Source: an uncultured Methylomirabilota bacterium (lineage in GTDB: Bacteria > Methylomirabilota > Methylomirabilia > Methylomirabilales > 2-02-FULL-66-22). Taken from it: 64,000 nt of DNA. Position numbers and translations under genes: made by a program. Below, piece by piece: positions 1 through 10,060 of this stretch. The stretch's first letter is position 1. Each line of letters begins with the position of its first letter. Below the pieces are notes generated by a model. That model was not told the origin of the DNA. It ran no database searches and saw nothing but the letters and a program-made list of their open reading frames with translations. The stretch covers positions 4,640,001-4,704,000 of the forward strand of contig OY970067.1 of the NCBI GenBank assembly GCA_963705305.1, in the 5' to 3' direction.

Positions 1-1509
1 GCTGAGGTTGTCCGAGTATTTGTAGGACAGGTCGCCGGCGACGTAGCGTGAAAACTCTCGAATGGGTTTATTGTAGGGACCCGCGTTCGTCGCGCCGATC
101 CTCGCCAGATCGACCTCCAGGCCTGCCTCGAGGTCCTTGTCGAGCTTGTGCGTCAGGCGGAAGAACAAATCTTGACCCGCCGTGCCTTCAAAGGTGGAGA
201 TCACCTGACCGTACCGCTCGTACCCGTCGCGCCAGACACTGTGTGTGAAGTTGATATCCGAGGTGCTGCTGGCCTCGAACCGGAAGGTCGTGTCCGGGGA
301 CAGGAACAGGTTCGGCAGGTAGAGTCCGACTGTCGCGACAGGCTTGATGGGGATAATGGGCGAGCCGCAGCAGGTGTCGTCCCATCCGCCATCGATGTAG
401 ATCTCGGCGTCCCGGGTGAGGGGTAGGTATTTCCCGATATCGGCCAACCGGATGGCGGCGTCCAGCTCGAACCGGTTGTCCGATTGAAATTTGGGCTCTA
501 TGCCCGTGTGATTGCCTTCAAACCACATCCTGGGATAATCGTACCACGCCGGCCCGGGATACCCAGTTCCATCGAAGATGATCGTCCGCGCCAACCCGAC
601 CTCCAGCCACTGGAGGGGGACCAGATCCACCCGCCCGCCCGTGATCTTGCTGCGGGGGTAGAATTCCCGCTCGCTCTCCAGCTGGCCGAGAAACAACTGG
701 GCCTTGAGGGGTCCCAGCTCGCGGAATACCCAGGGCAGCGTGAGCTGGTTGGCAGTCTGGAGGCGCACCATGTCCAGGCCCAGGGCATTGTTCGAGAGGA
801 GCATCGAGCCGTGGTACGCGGGGCCCCACCACATGGACTCGCGCCCCACGACAAGCTCGACCGGACCGCCGCGGGCCTTGGCGTACCCTTCGATCAGCTG
901 GCCGCGGTCGGTGTCCCGCCCGATCTGGTACTCCGGCTGGGCGTACGCCGCGAACACGCCGCCCGCCTCCAGCCAGGCGTCACCGGTGACCCGCCCATTC
1001 AGCCCCTTATCCAGCCGCTCCCCGTTGCTATTCGCCAAATTGGTCGCTGCATTGCTGGCATAGGCACCGCGGATCTGAAGGTGGTTCAGGGGGTTGATCT
1101 CGAACAATCGCGGCGCCTTCCCGTTGATCCCGTAGCCAGTCAGGCCTAGCGCTTTGAGCTCCGGCGAGAATTCGTTCATCAGGTCCAGCAGGATTTCCTG
1201 GAGGTCGTACCGGTGGTCGAACTCCGATACCTGATTGTTCTGGATCCGCTGGACGACATCCGCAATGATCAGGGCCATCTCCCGCCTGGACATCGGCTTG
1301 ATATTCAGGACGACCGGGCCGGTGATCCCGGATAGAACCAGCTTGTGCAAGGCATCGTATGTCCAGTCCCAGTTCTCCGCGAAGCCCGTCCACGGGGTGA
1401 GCGGGACATCGCGGATGCTCACGTTGGCGGCCTCTGCCGCGGCGGCGGCCAGCAGCAGGCACGCCGATACGACGGCGGCGGCACCACGCACGAGCCGGGG
1501 CACGGGCAT
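1..1509 (-). CDS. wzi: Capsule assembly Wzi family outer-membrane protein (3' end runs off the window)
   Basis: Not in the ORF track because there is no stop in the window. Translated by hand from ATG at 1509: signal peptide MPVPRLVRGAAAVVSACLLLAAAAAEA, then the Wzi-like motif VVGRESMWWGPAYHGSMLLSNNA; the frame is open to base 1. Lies next to the polysaccharide export gene. Confidence 0.8.
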   Translation of the reverse strand, partial: MPVPRLVRGAAAVVSACLLLAAAAAEAANVSIRDVPLTPWTGFAENWDWTYDALHKLVLSGITGPVVLNIKPMSRREMALIIADVVQRIQNNQVSEFDHRYDLQEILLDLMNEFSPELKALGLTGYGINGKAPRLFEINPLNHLQIRGAYASNAATNLANSNGERLDKGLNGRVTGDAWLEAGGVFAAYAQPEYQIGRDTDRGQLIEGYAKARGGPVELVVGRESMWWGPAYHGSMLLSNNALGLDMVRLQTANQLTLPWVFRELGPLKAQLFLGQLESEREFYPRSKITGGRVDLVPLQWLEVGLARTIIFDGTGYPGPAWYDYPRMWFEGNHTGIEPKFQSDNRFELDAAIRLADIGKYLPLTRDAEIYIDGGWDDTCCGSPIIPIKPVATVGLYLPNLFLSPDTTFRFEASSTSDINFTHSVWRDGYERYGQVISTFEGTAGQDLFFRLTHKLDKDLEAGLEVDLARIGATNAGPYNKPIREFSRYVAGDLSYKYSDNLS

Positions 1510-1698
1510 CCTGATTCTAGGCGCTGGTCCCAATCGATACCTCAGGTCGGAAGAGGATCTGAACAGCTGCACGCACAGGCTGCCGCAGGAATCCCGGCGG
1601 CCTTCCTGCGGCACTGCCTGAGTGGGACAGATCCGGCTCCTCTCGCGCCCCCGCCATGATTTCACTCACAGGGGCGGAAGGGGTCGGTGACAAGACGC

Positions 1699-4236
1699 TT
1701 ACCTCAGCAGTCCCGCAATTACACCGAATGGAATGGCGATGTTCCCGACGATGGTTGCCATGTCTTTCCACAAGGTGAACGGGCTGATCTTCGCCTCCGT
1801 GGAGAGCGGGACGATGATGGCGTCCCCGGCCTCGACCTTTCGCATCTTGACGAAGCTGGCGATGGCGGTTCCATCCGGCTGGAGGATGTACGACTGCTCG
1901 GCGTCCGCCTGGCGCGTGAATCCGCCTACCTTGCCGATGTAGTACTCGATGTTCTCGCCAGGCTTGTAGAAGATCGAGGTGCTGTTGCGCACCGCTCCGA
2001 TGACCAGGACGGACGACGGCTGGGGGGGGACAAGGAGCACATCCCCATTCTCAAGAGAGATGTCATTAGGTGTTCCCTTGAGCTGCTCGGGTTGCTCCAG
2101 GTGAATCGTGATCCGACCAACCGTGATGGCACTTGTGATCGACCTGACCAGCTCCTGCCGCTGCGCGGTGACCGCAGCCTGCGCACCGGCTGCCTCGGGG
2201 GTCCCGGCCTCCACCGCGCCCGCCGCCACCGCGGCCGATTCCGCGAGCACCGCCTGCGCCTGGGTTCGGGCGAATCGGTCCACCTGCTCCCGCTCTCTTT
2301 GCCGGAGGGCCTCGCGGGTGAACACGGCACCCTTCAGGAACGCATCAGGCAGGAAGCCGCCCGCGCGCTCGATCACGCTGCTCAAAAGCTCTCCCTTGGT
2401 GATCGAATACACTCCCGGGCGCCTCACCTCGCCGCTCAGTGTGACCGTCTCGGGACCCAGGACCTCTGACTTCACGCTGATCTTGTCCTGCGGCTCGAGG
2501 AGAATATCGTGGGTAGGATCGGGCTTCCCTCCTACGCCCCACAGCTCGTGCAGATTGACGGCAAGCACCTCCCGTGAGAAATCCGGACGAATCCGCACCA
2601 CCTCCACCCGGTTCTTGTACGCCTCGGGAAGGACCGTCTCCGGCTTGAGGAGATCGCTCAGTCGCATGCCGGGTTTCCACTCGTACTGGCCCGGCGTCCG
2701 CACGAACCCTTCCAACGTGACCACATTGCGCAGCAGATCCTGGGCCTGGAACACCGTGACCAGGTCGCCGTCCTGAAGCAATTCCGCCGAACCCGCCCCG
2801 ACGGCAGTGGCGAAGGGCACATCCAGAATTGTCTTGCCGGACGAGCCTTGCACTCGCTCCACCTGAATGCGATCGAGCTGCGCGGTTGGGAGGGGGCCGC
2901 CGGCCATGGCCAACAATGCGCCGACGGTGGTCCCCGGCCGCAGCTCATAGATCCCGGGCCGCTTGACCTCGCCGGCAATTCCCGCCACGGCTCCAATGGG
3001 GGGAACGAAAATTGTGTCCCCAGTCTGGAGCGTGGGACCGACGGTACGGATCCCCCGCAGGAGAAAGTCGTACAGGTCCACCTCTCCTACAACCTGGCCA
3101 TTCCGCGTCACCCGGATCGCCCGGAGGGTTCCCATCTTGGCCGGACCCCCCGCGGCAAAGAGGGCATCCAGCACCGTGGAGAACGGACTCACGTTGTACG
3201 TGCCTGGCCTGGCCACCTCGCCAATGACATACACCGCAATGGTCCGCAACTCCCCCAGCGCCAGTCGAATCTCAAAGCCCGAAAAATACCGGGCCATCTT
3301 GGTCCGCAGCACCTCCTGAGCCTGCGCCAGGGTGAGCCCGTTGACGGGCACCGAACCCACTCGCGGGACGAACACGGAACCGGTGCGATCCACCATCAGG
3401 GTGGTCGAATCGAAGAGCGCGGTGCCAGGGATGTTCCAGACATACAGAATCAGGCTGTCTCCCGGCCCCAGGCGGTAGTCCGAATTCACCGGGAGATTCG
3501 ACGCCGGAAGCAGCGTCGGCAACATGGCCCGGAAGCTTTCGTACCCGAACTGTGTGAGATCGCGGGAAACAGGAGGATTCCCCGGAGCCGCACGCCGGAC
3601 GCTCCCGGAAGGGGGGGGCGGCGGCGGCTGAAGGAAGGCCCGTTCCAGCGGGGATCGCGGAGCCGCCTGAGGGGCTAGGAGGGTCGACGTGTCGAAGATG
3701 AAGGCGGAAGAGGTCGTGGCCAGATTACCGTTTGCGTTCTTGATGGTCGCGACGATGATATTTTGCCCTTGCACGAGGACAGATTGAGATTGCGCTCCGG
3801 CCCCAAGGGTCACCCCTCCCGTCCGAGGAGACTGGGGATTCCACGTGGCCGAATTTGCAGAGACCTGGAATTCCTGCGTCCGATCCGTCCCATTGATGAG
3901 CACCTGGAGGGTGTGGAGATCCAGTTCGCCCCGGGGATCTTGGAAGTTGATCGTGACCGTCATATCCTGCCGTGTCACGATCGCGCCGTTGCGAGGCTCA
4001 ACGATTGTGATGTTGGGGAAGGCCCAGGGCTCCCGGATTGTCCGCGGCGCTACCTGCTGGGGGCCCGTCGTCGGTTCCGTAGTCGGCTCGGTAGTTGGTG
4101 TAAGAGCCGTCCCCCCCGACGGGATCTGGGCCATGACGGGGGCCGGAATGCCCATGAGGAGTGCCAGAAACCCCACCAGGAACGCGCGCGCTCGTCTCTG
4201 CCAGCCGGTACGCCCAGATTGCCAACGCCGCATCAT
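1699..4236 (-). CDS. Polysaccharide export protein, Wza/KpsD-like with multiple SLBB domains
   Basis: 845 aa with a signal peptide. Poly_export motif DYRLGPGDSL, repeated SLBB motifs (VIGEVARPGTY, IAGEVKRPGIY, LSGEVRRPGVY) and a C-terminal amphipathic helix. Confidence 0.88.
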   Translation of the reverse strand: MMRRWQSGRTGWQRRARAFLVGFLALLMGIPAPVMAQIPSGGTALTPTTEPTTEPTTGPQQVAPRTIREPWAFPNITIVEPRNGAIVTRQDMTVTINFQDPRGELDLHTLQVLINGTDRTQEFQVSANSATWNPQSPRTGGVTLGAGAQSQSVLVQGQNIIVATIKNANGNLATTSSAFIFDTSTLLAPQAAPRSPLERAFLQPPPPPPSGSVRRAAPGNPPVSRDLTQFGYESFRAMLPTLLPASNLPVNSDYRLGPGDSLILYVWNIPGTALFDSTTLMVDRTGSVFVPRVGSVPVNGLTLAQAQEVLRTKMARYFSGFEIRLALGELRTIAVYVIGEVARPGTYNVSPFSTVLDALFAAGGPAKMGTLRAIRVTRNGQVVGEVDLYDFLLRGIRTVGPTLQTGDTIFVPPIGAVAGIAGEVKRPGIYELRPGTTVGALLAMAGGPLPTAQLDRIQVERVQGSSGKTILDVPFATAVGAGSAELLQDGDLVTVFQAQDLLRNVVTLEGFVRTPGQYEWKPGMRLSDLLKPETVLPEAYKNRVEVVRIRPDFSREVLAVNLHELWGVGGKPDPTHDILLEPQDKISVKSEVLGPETVTLSGEVRRPGVYSITKGELLSSVIERAGGFLPDAFLKGAVFTREALRQREREQVDRFARTQAQAVLAESAAVAAGAVEAGTPEAAGAQAAVTAQRQELVRSITSAITVGRITIHLEQPEQLKGTPNDISLENGDVLLVPPQPSSVLVIGAVRNSTSIFYKPGENIEYYIGKVGGFTRQADAEQSYILQPDGTAIASFVKMRKVEAGDAIIVPLSTEAKISPFTLWKDMATIVGNIAIPFGVIAGLLR

Positions 4237-4457
4237 AGAACCCCTCGCTCGGTCGTCAAGCCACAGTGGCCCCAGAAACCCTCAGGAAATCTCGGCAGAC
4301 CAATCACACTGACGGAATGGGTAGCCCGCAATCTATCGAAATCATCACTCCGCGTCAATCATCACTTTCAAAACTTTCAAATGGGAGATATCAACGGAAC
4401 TTTCAGAACTGAGAAATCCGGATGGATTCTGTCGATAAGGCCGGCACGATCGATGAC

Positions 4458-5651
4458 TCAAAAGGTCTTGAGATGCGCGAGGAACGCATCGTAGTTTCGC
4501 CGCATTTCCCCCAGGCTGTCTCCCGCGAACTTCTCGATCAACGCCCGGGCCATCTCGAAGGCCACCACCGCCTCCCCCACCACCCCGGCGGCGGGGACCG
4601 CGGTGATGTCCGTCCGCTCTACGCCCGCCTTGCTGGCCTCCTTGGTGATCACATCCACCGACGCCAGCGGCTTGAGTTGGGTGGAAATAGGCTTCATGGC
4701 GGCTCGGACGACGATCGGCTGCCCGGTGGTCATTCCACCTTCCAGGCCCCCACCAAAGTTCGTCTGGCGGTGAAAGCCTTCGCGCCCACCGCCCGCCCCG
4801 GGCGCGGCGTAAAATATCTCATCCTGGACTTCCGAGCCGAATCGGCCCGCCGTTTCAAACCCCAGCCCGATCTCCACACCCTTGATCGCCTGGATGCTCA
4901 TCAAGGCCTGGGCCAGACGGCCGTCCAGGCGACGATCCCAATGCACATAGCTTCCCAGGCCCACCGGTGGATCCGTCACCAGGACCTCGAACACGCCCCC
5001 CAGTGAGGTCCCGCGGGCCCGGGCCTCGTCGATTTTGGCCATGATCTCCCGCGTGGCGACGGGATCGGCGCAACGAAGGGGAGACTCTTCGGCCTGCGAG
5101 CGGATGTCGGCCGCCGTGAGGCCCTCCGTCCCCGCCCGGATGCCTCCCATGGCCACCACATGGCTGATGACGTGCATCCCGAATTCCCGGAGGAGGCACT
5201 TGCAGACCGCCCCCACTGCCACTCGGGCGGCCGTCTCCCGCGCCGAGGCGCGCTCCAGGACATTGCGGAGGTCCCGATGGTCGTACTTGAGGCCGCCAGC
5301 CAGGTCCGCATGGCCGGGCCGAGGACGGGTCATGGGCGGCCGCTCGGCCGCTGCCTGGGCGGCCTCGGCCTCCGCCGCCATGGTGATCTTCCAATTCTCC
5401 CAGTCCCGGTTCTGGATCAGCAGGCTGATGGGACTCCCCAGCGTCTTACCGTGGCGGATGCCGCCCAGGATCTGCGCCACGTCCTTCTCGATCTTCATCC
5501 GGCCGCCCCGGCCGTACCCGCCCATGCGTCGCGTCAAATCCAGGTTGATATCGGCCGCCTCCACCGGGACGTTCGAGGGCATCCCTTCCAGAATCGCCAC
5601 CAGGGCCGGGCCGTGGGACTCCCCTGCCGTCAGATACCGGAGCATCTGCAT
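4458..5651 (-). CDS. aroC: Chorismate synthase
   Basis: Motifs LTAGESHG, RPGHAD, ERASARETA, MKPIST. Confidence 0.97.
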   Translation of the reverse strand: MQMLRYLTAGESHGPALVAILEGMPSNVPVEAADINLDLTRRMGGYGRGGRMKIEKDVAQILGGIRHGKTLGSPISLLIQNRDWENWKITMAAEAEAAQAAAERPPMTRPRPGHADLAGGLKYDHRDLRNVLERASARETAARVAVGAVCKCLLREFGMHVISHVVAMGGIRAGTEGLTAADIRSQAEESPLRCADPVATREIMAKIDEARARGTSLGGVFEVLVTDPPVGLGSYVHWDRRLDGRLAQALMSIQAIKGVEIGLGFETAGRFGSEVQDEIFYAAPGAGGGREGFHRQTNFGGGLEGGMTTGQPIVVRAAMKPISTQLKPLASVDVITKEASKAGVERTDITAVPAAGVVGEAVVAFEMARALIEKFAGDSLGEMRRNYDAFLAHLKTF

Positions 5652-5765
5652 TCCCTCGCTCGCGAGCCCTCTATAGGCCGCGTTTCGTCCTCTCCAAGGA
5701 CCCCTGCGTCACGCCAGCATGCGCAAGAATGCCAGATCATACCGCGGCAGCCTGCCTCCCAGAAA

Positions 5766-5798
5766 GGGAAAACGCACCCTGGCGGGTGCGTTTTTCCC
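5766..5798 (-). terminator. Intrinsic terminator after pilQ
   Basis: On the minus strand: GGGAAAAACGCACCC-GCCA-GGGTGCGTTTTCCC followed by TTTCT, about 30 nt after the pilQ stop. Confidence 0.65.
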
Positions 5799-5826
5799 TC
5801 AGTGAAGCCCTGGTTTTCCCCGGTGG

Positions 5827-8385
5827 TCAGCTCAGCTTTGTCTCTTCCAGAATCGTCGGCGTGAGGAAGATCAGCAGCTCGATCTTGTCGTTGGGGCCGA
5901 GCGTCGTGCTCTTGAAGAGGGACCCCAGTATGGGCACATTGCTCAGCCATGGGACCCGGGACTCCGTCCAGCTGTCGTCGGTTTGCAGGAGGCCGCCGAT
6001 GACAACCGTGGCGCCGTTGGACACCAGGACGTTGGTTGTGGCCTTCCGGGTGTTGATCGGAAAGACGAAGCCGCCCGAGTAGGTGACTTCGGTGCCCGGG
6101 AAGGAGCGCTCCGCCTCCACCTTCATGGAGATCCGGCGGTCGTTGGTGATGTGCGGCGTGACCTTCAGCCGGATAAAGGCGTCCTGGAATGCTACCACCG
6201 TCCGGCCGGAGCTGTCGATCGTGGTATACGGCACCTGCTGCCCCTGTTTGACCTCGGCCTCCTGGTTGTCCAGCGTGGTCACCTTAGGGGCCGACAGCGT
6301 GCGGACCTTGCCCTCGCTCTCCCCGGCCGAGATCCGGGCCATCAGCGCCAGATTGTTATTGAACAAATTCCCGGCGATGATCCCCAAGCCGGCCGTGGGC
6401 GACGAGGCAGGCATCGAGATGGCCAAGGGGATGTCCGCGATGGTGGCCGGGGCTGTCATCGTCGTGCCGACCGAGGACGTAAAGATGCTGATGGGCTGCG
6501 CCTGGAGGGCGGACAGCGTCGTGGTTCCCGAAGCTCCCCATTCGATGCCCAGGCTCTGGCTGAAGTTCCAGGTCGCCTCCACCAGCCGCGCCTCGATGAG
6601 GACCTGCGGTGTCGGCTGGTCCAGCTCGTGGAGAAGGTTCTTCATTTTCCCGATCGTCCCGGCCGTTTCCTGAATGATCAGCTTGTTCGTCCGGTCGTCC
6701 ACCACGATGCTCGTGTCGGCCCGCCCGGGGGTCTTGAGAAGGCTCAGGTTCTTGACTACATCCGCGGCCTTGGCATAATTTACCGCGATCACCGCGGTCT
6801 GAAGAGGCTCCAGTTGGACTTGGGCCTTGCTTTGCGCCTCCTGCGCCTTGACGGCGGCAAGGCGGGCGTCCTCCTCCCGCTTGCGGGCGTCTTCCCTGGC
6901 CTGCTGCTCAGCAGCCAACTTGGCCTGGGAGGCCACCCGGATGATGTTCCCGTCTTCCTCATACCCCAAACCGTTGATCTTCAGGATGACATCCAGAGCC
7001 TGCCGCCAGTCCACATTGACCAGGCGCACTGTCACTTTGCCCTTGACATCATCTCCAGCCACGACGTTCTTCTCGCTTACTTCCGCAATGATGCGCAGGA
7101 GGTTGTTGATGTCCGCATCCTTGAAATCCATGGAGATGCGCCGGATCTCACCCCGCCCGGATTGGGTTGCCGCCGGTGCGGCGGCTTGCGCCGGGGGCGC
7201 CAGGGCCGGAGCCTGCTGGGCGGCCGCGCTGATCGCCGGCGATACCGGAGCGGTCGACGGCGCAACGGGCACATTGGCTTCGGCGGGAACCGGAGGAGCG
7301 GCAGCCGGAGGGGTTGCCGCTGGAGGTGCAGGCGCATTGACCTCGGCACTTGCCGTCGGCGCGGCAACGGGAGCCTTGGCTTCGGCGGGGGCCGGCGCCT
7401 GGGTCAGCAAGTTCACCGTAATGGCCGATGCGGTTTGCTGTACTTCGTACTTGACCGGCCCCTCGCGCAGGTCCGCCAGTACCCGCACGATCGGCTCCGG
7501 CGCTGTCTGAACCTGCGAGGCCTCCAGCCGATTCACGGGCGAGGCGACCTGGCGCAGATCCAGCGTCCGGGCCGCCGCCGGCTCCAGGGCGGCGCCGATC
7601 ACCTCCACCAACAGGCTCGGCGGGCTCAGGGTCTCGGAGACCCGATAGGTCACCTGACCGCTCGTCCCGATGACGATGCGCTGTCGTCCGCGAATGCTCT
7701 GCATGTCGATGCGAGTGACCTTCGCGGAGACGGCTGCCGCAGGTCCCGCGGCCGCCGGGATGGCAGCCGCTCCCGCCGGGGCGGGGGCACTTGGCGCCGC
7801 TCCCCCAAGCTCCACCCGGAGCTGATTCTCGGCCGACTTGACCTCGTACGTCAGGGGCTTTTCGAGGTCCAGCACGATCCGGACGACCTTGAGGGGTTGT
7901 TCCCGGTACTGCGAAGCGCGCACCGCCTTGACCAGCGGGGGTCGCGCGGAAACCGGCTGGGGAATGGCATTAACGGCATTCGGGATGTCCAGGACGAGCC
8001 GCGGAGGATCAGGCAGGGTGAAGGATTCGTACGTCGCAATCGGCCCGTCAGCACTCACCAGGACGGCGAGGGCCCCCGGCGCGGTCTCTTGGACCTCAAC
8101 CCCCGTGACCTCGATCGGGCCGCGGACAGGCTGCGGTTCCGGCGCAGGCGCAGGCAGGGCCGGTGCGGCGACCGCCGCCGCGGGAGGTGACGGGGCTTCG
8201 GGGGCAGGGGGCGCCGGGCTGACCTGCGGAGGCTCAGGGGCGGGCGCCGGGGCGGGGGCGGCTGCCACCGGGGGGGGCGGCGGTTGGACTGCCGCCATTT
8301 CGGTGGCGCAGGCTCCCAGCAAGAGTGCCGCTGCAACCAGCACGGGGCCACGCCAGAAAAGACCAGCGGACAACCGCGCGTCCAT
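5827..8385 (-). CDS. pilQ: Type IV pilus secretin PilQ with AMIN domains
   Basis: Lipobox LLGAC, AMIN repeats (PPRLVLDIP), ISMDFKDADINNLLRII, secretin core PQVLIEARLVE...ELLIFLTPTI. Confidence 0.95.
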   Translation of the reverse strand: MDARLSAGLFWRGPVLVAAALLLGACATEMAAVQPPPPPVAAAPAPAPAPEPPQVSPAPPAPEAPSPPAAAVAAPALPAPAPEPQPVRGPIEVTGVEVQETAPGALAVLVSADGPIATYESFTLPDPPRLVLDIPNAVNAIPQPVSARPPLVKAVRASQYREQPLKVVRIVLDLEKPLTYEVKSAENQLRVELGGAAPSAPAPAGAAAIPAAAGPAAAVSAKVTRIDMQSIRGRQRIVIGTSGQVTYRVSETLSPPSLLVEVIGAALEPAAARTLDLRQVASPVNRLEASQVQTAPEPIVRVLADLREGPVKYEVQQTASAITVNLLTQAPAPAEAKAPVAAPTASAEVNAPAPPAATPPAAAPPVPAEANVPVAPSTAPVSPAISAAAQQAPALAPPAQAAAPAATQSGRGEIRRISMDFKDADINNLLRIIAEVSEKNVVAGDDVKGKVTVRLVNVDWRQALDVILKINGLGYEEDGNIIRVASQAKLAAEQQAREDARKREEDARLAAVKAQEAQSKAQVQLEPLQTAVIAVNYAKAADVVKNLSLLKTPGRADTSIVVDDRTNKLIIQETAGTIGKMKNLLHELDQPTPQVLIEARLVEATWNFSQSLGIEWGASGTTTLSALQAQPISIFTSSVGTTMTAPATIADIPLAISMPASSPTAGLGIIAGNLFNNNLALMARISAGESEGKVRTLSAPKVTTLDNQEAEVKQGQQVPYTTIDSSGRTVVAFQDAFIRLKVTPHITNDRRISMKVEAERSFPGTEVTYSGGFVFPINTRKATTNVLVSNGATVVIGGLLQTDDSWTESRVPWLSNVPILGSLFKSTTLGPNDKIELLIFLTPTILEETKLS

Positions 8386-8388
8386 GCG

Positions 8389-8904
8389 CTATTCCTCCTT
8401 CCTGAGCCGGAGTTCGACCAGGCGGGCCTGTGCTTTAGGCAAAAACGTCTCAGGTTTCACTTCGAAAGTGACAGCATCCGGCGTGATCTTGGTGACCCGA
8501 GCATCCTCGCCGATCACGTCGTTGACCCGCAAAACATAGCCCGCGCCATTTGATGCTTCGACCAGCGCGTAAAACCCCTGGCGTCCCCAAATAATACCGG
8601 CCAGCTTCAGTTCGTCCACATCCAGGGCCGCCAGCCCCGTCTTGGGCCGCGCCTTCGGACCGGCCTCCTTCGGCTTGATCAACGGCTGGAATGGATCGCG
8701 GCGATTGCCGGCGTCGTAGACGAACTCCTTGACCGGCGCGGCCGACGCGGCCGAGGGCGCGGCGGACTTCGCGGCCTCGGGATGACGAGGACGAGCAGGG
8801 GCCACACCGGTGGGAGATCCCCCCCCTGAGCATCCGCTCAGCTCCAAGACCGCCAGCATGGCGAGGACGCCGAGGAGACCCAGGCTACTTCTTCTCGGGG
8901 GCAC
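8389..8904 (-). CDS. pilP: Type IV pilus assembly lipoprotein PilP
   Basis: Lipobox LSGC, RRDPF motif, ELKLAGIIW; lies between pilO and pilQ. GTG start at 8904 is inferred. Confidence 0.85.
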   Translation of the reverse strand: MPPRRSSLGLLGVLAMLAVLELSGCSGGGSPTGVAPARPRHPEAAKSAAPSAASAAPVKEFVYDAGNRRDPFQPLIKPKEAGPKARPKTGLAALDVDELKLAGIIWGRQGFYALVEASNGAGYVLRVNDVIGEDARVTKITPDAVTFEVKPETFLPKAQARLVELRLRKEE

Positions 8905-9493
8905 CGGCGGACCCTCCCTTTTCGAGGAATGTATATGTGGTCGCCTTGAGGTCGGCGACAATCGTCTTCCCATTTACCAGTTGGCCGGCCGGCAGGGGAG
9001 CCACCTTGATATCGGTGACGTTGACGATTCGCTCCAGCTTGCTGACACGATCCAGGAAGGCCCCCAGGGCGTGAAACCCCCCTTGCACCCGGATGTCAAT
9101 GGGGACCTCCGCATAGAAGCCTTTGCGCGCCGGCGTGCCCGGTCGGAAGAGGAGAAACTCCAGGCCGCTCTCCTGCCCCAGGGTGTTCACCTTCGTCAGC
9201 AGGGATGGGATGTCCTTTTCCTCAGGCAGCTTGACCAGGGCGACATCCAGATTCTCCTGAAGGCTTTTGAGCTCGGCCTCCAGCTTGGTCCGATTGGCCG
9301 CGACCGCCTGCTTCTGGCTGAGGTCGGCTTGCAGTTTCTGCAGCTGAAACTCGAGCTTTCCCATCTCGTCCCACAAGGGAAAGATGAGGAAGTAGGCATA
9401 GGCTGCAATGATGCCGATGACTGTCACGCAGGCCAGCATGTACAGCTGCTTTTTGGGAACGTTGGCGAAATAGCTGCGCACGTCCAGGGCCAT
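8885..9493 (-). CDS. pilO: Type IV pilus assembly protein PilO
   Basis: TM segment plus coiled coil, LPEEKDIPSLL, FYAEVPIDI, SKLERIVNV. Confidence 0.92.
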   Translation of the reverse strand: MALDVRSYFANVPKKQLYMLACVTVIGIIAAYAYFLIFPLWDEMGKLEFQLQKLQADLSQKQAVAANRTKLEAELKSLQENLDVALVKLPEEKDIPSLLTKVNTLGQESGLEFLLFRPGTPARKGFYAEVPIDIRVQGGFHALGAFLDRVSKLERIVNVTDIKVAPLPAGQLVNGKTIVADLKATTYTFLEKGGSAGAPEKK

Positions 9494-9507
9494 GCATGCC
9501 TCCCAGG

Positions 9508-10059
9508 CTAGCCCTTCTTCTCCTTGACTTCCATCGTGATGCTGAACCGCTCAACCGGCACCTGCTGGACCGCAGTCTTTTCGGAGATCACCAGATCGAC
9601 GTTCGAAAGGACGGTGTCCTCCCTGCTCAGATTGGTCATGAAATTGGCGACGCCGAAGTTGGAGAACGCGATGCCGGAGAGGTCCATCCGCTTCCCGGTT
9701 CGACTCAAACTGGTCAGCCAGACTTCGTTGGGAAGTGCCTTGCTCACCCCGTCCAGCAGCCGCACCGGGCCCTCCTGGGCCGCCACCAGCTTATCGATGA
9801 TGTTGATCTTCTCCTCCAGGAGCTTCTTGTCCTCCCGGAAGTGCTCCACCTGCTTGGCCAGCTCGTCGAAGCGCTTCAATTGCGTCTGTGTCTGCTGGAT
9901 CTTGGCATGAAGATCCCCCAGGGTCCCGCTCAACCAATACCACCCATAGCCCATCGCCAGGATGACGACCACGGCGCCGACCCCGATCAGCACCGACGTG
10001 CCCTTGACCGGGGTCCTCCGCCTCCGTTCCTCACGCGGGAGAAGATTGATCTTGATCAT
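9508..10059 (-). CDS. pilN: Type IV pilus assembly protein PilN
   Basis: N-terminal IKINLLP PilM-binding motif, TM segment, LPNEVWLTSL. Confidence 0.93.
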   Translation of the reverse strand: MIKINLLPREERRRRTPVKGTSVLIGVGAVVVILAMGYGWYWLSGTLGDLHAKIQQTQTQLKRFDELAKQVEHFREDKKLLEEKINIIDKLVAAQEGPVRLLDGVSKALPNEVWLTSLSRTGKRMDLSGIAFSNFGVANFMTNLSREDTVLSNVDLVISEKTAVQQVPVERFSITMEVKEKKG

Positions 10060-10060
10060 G

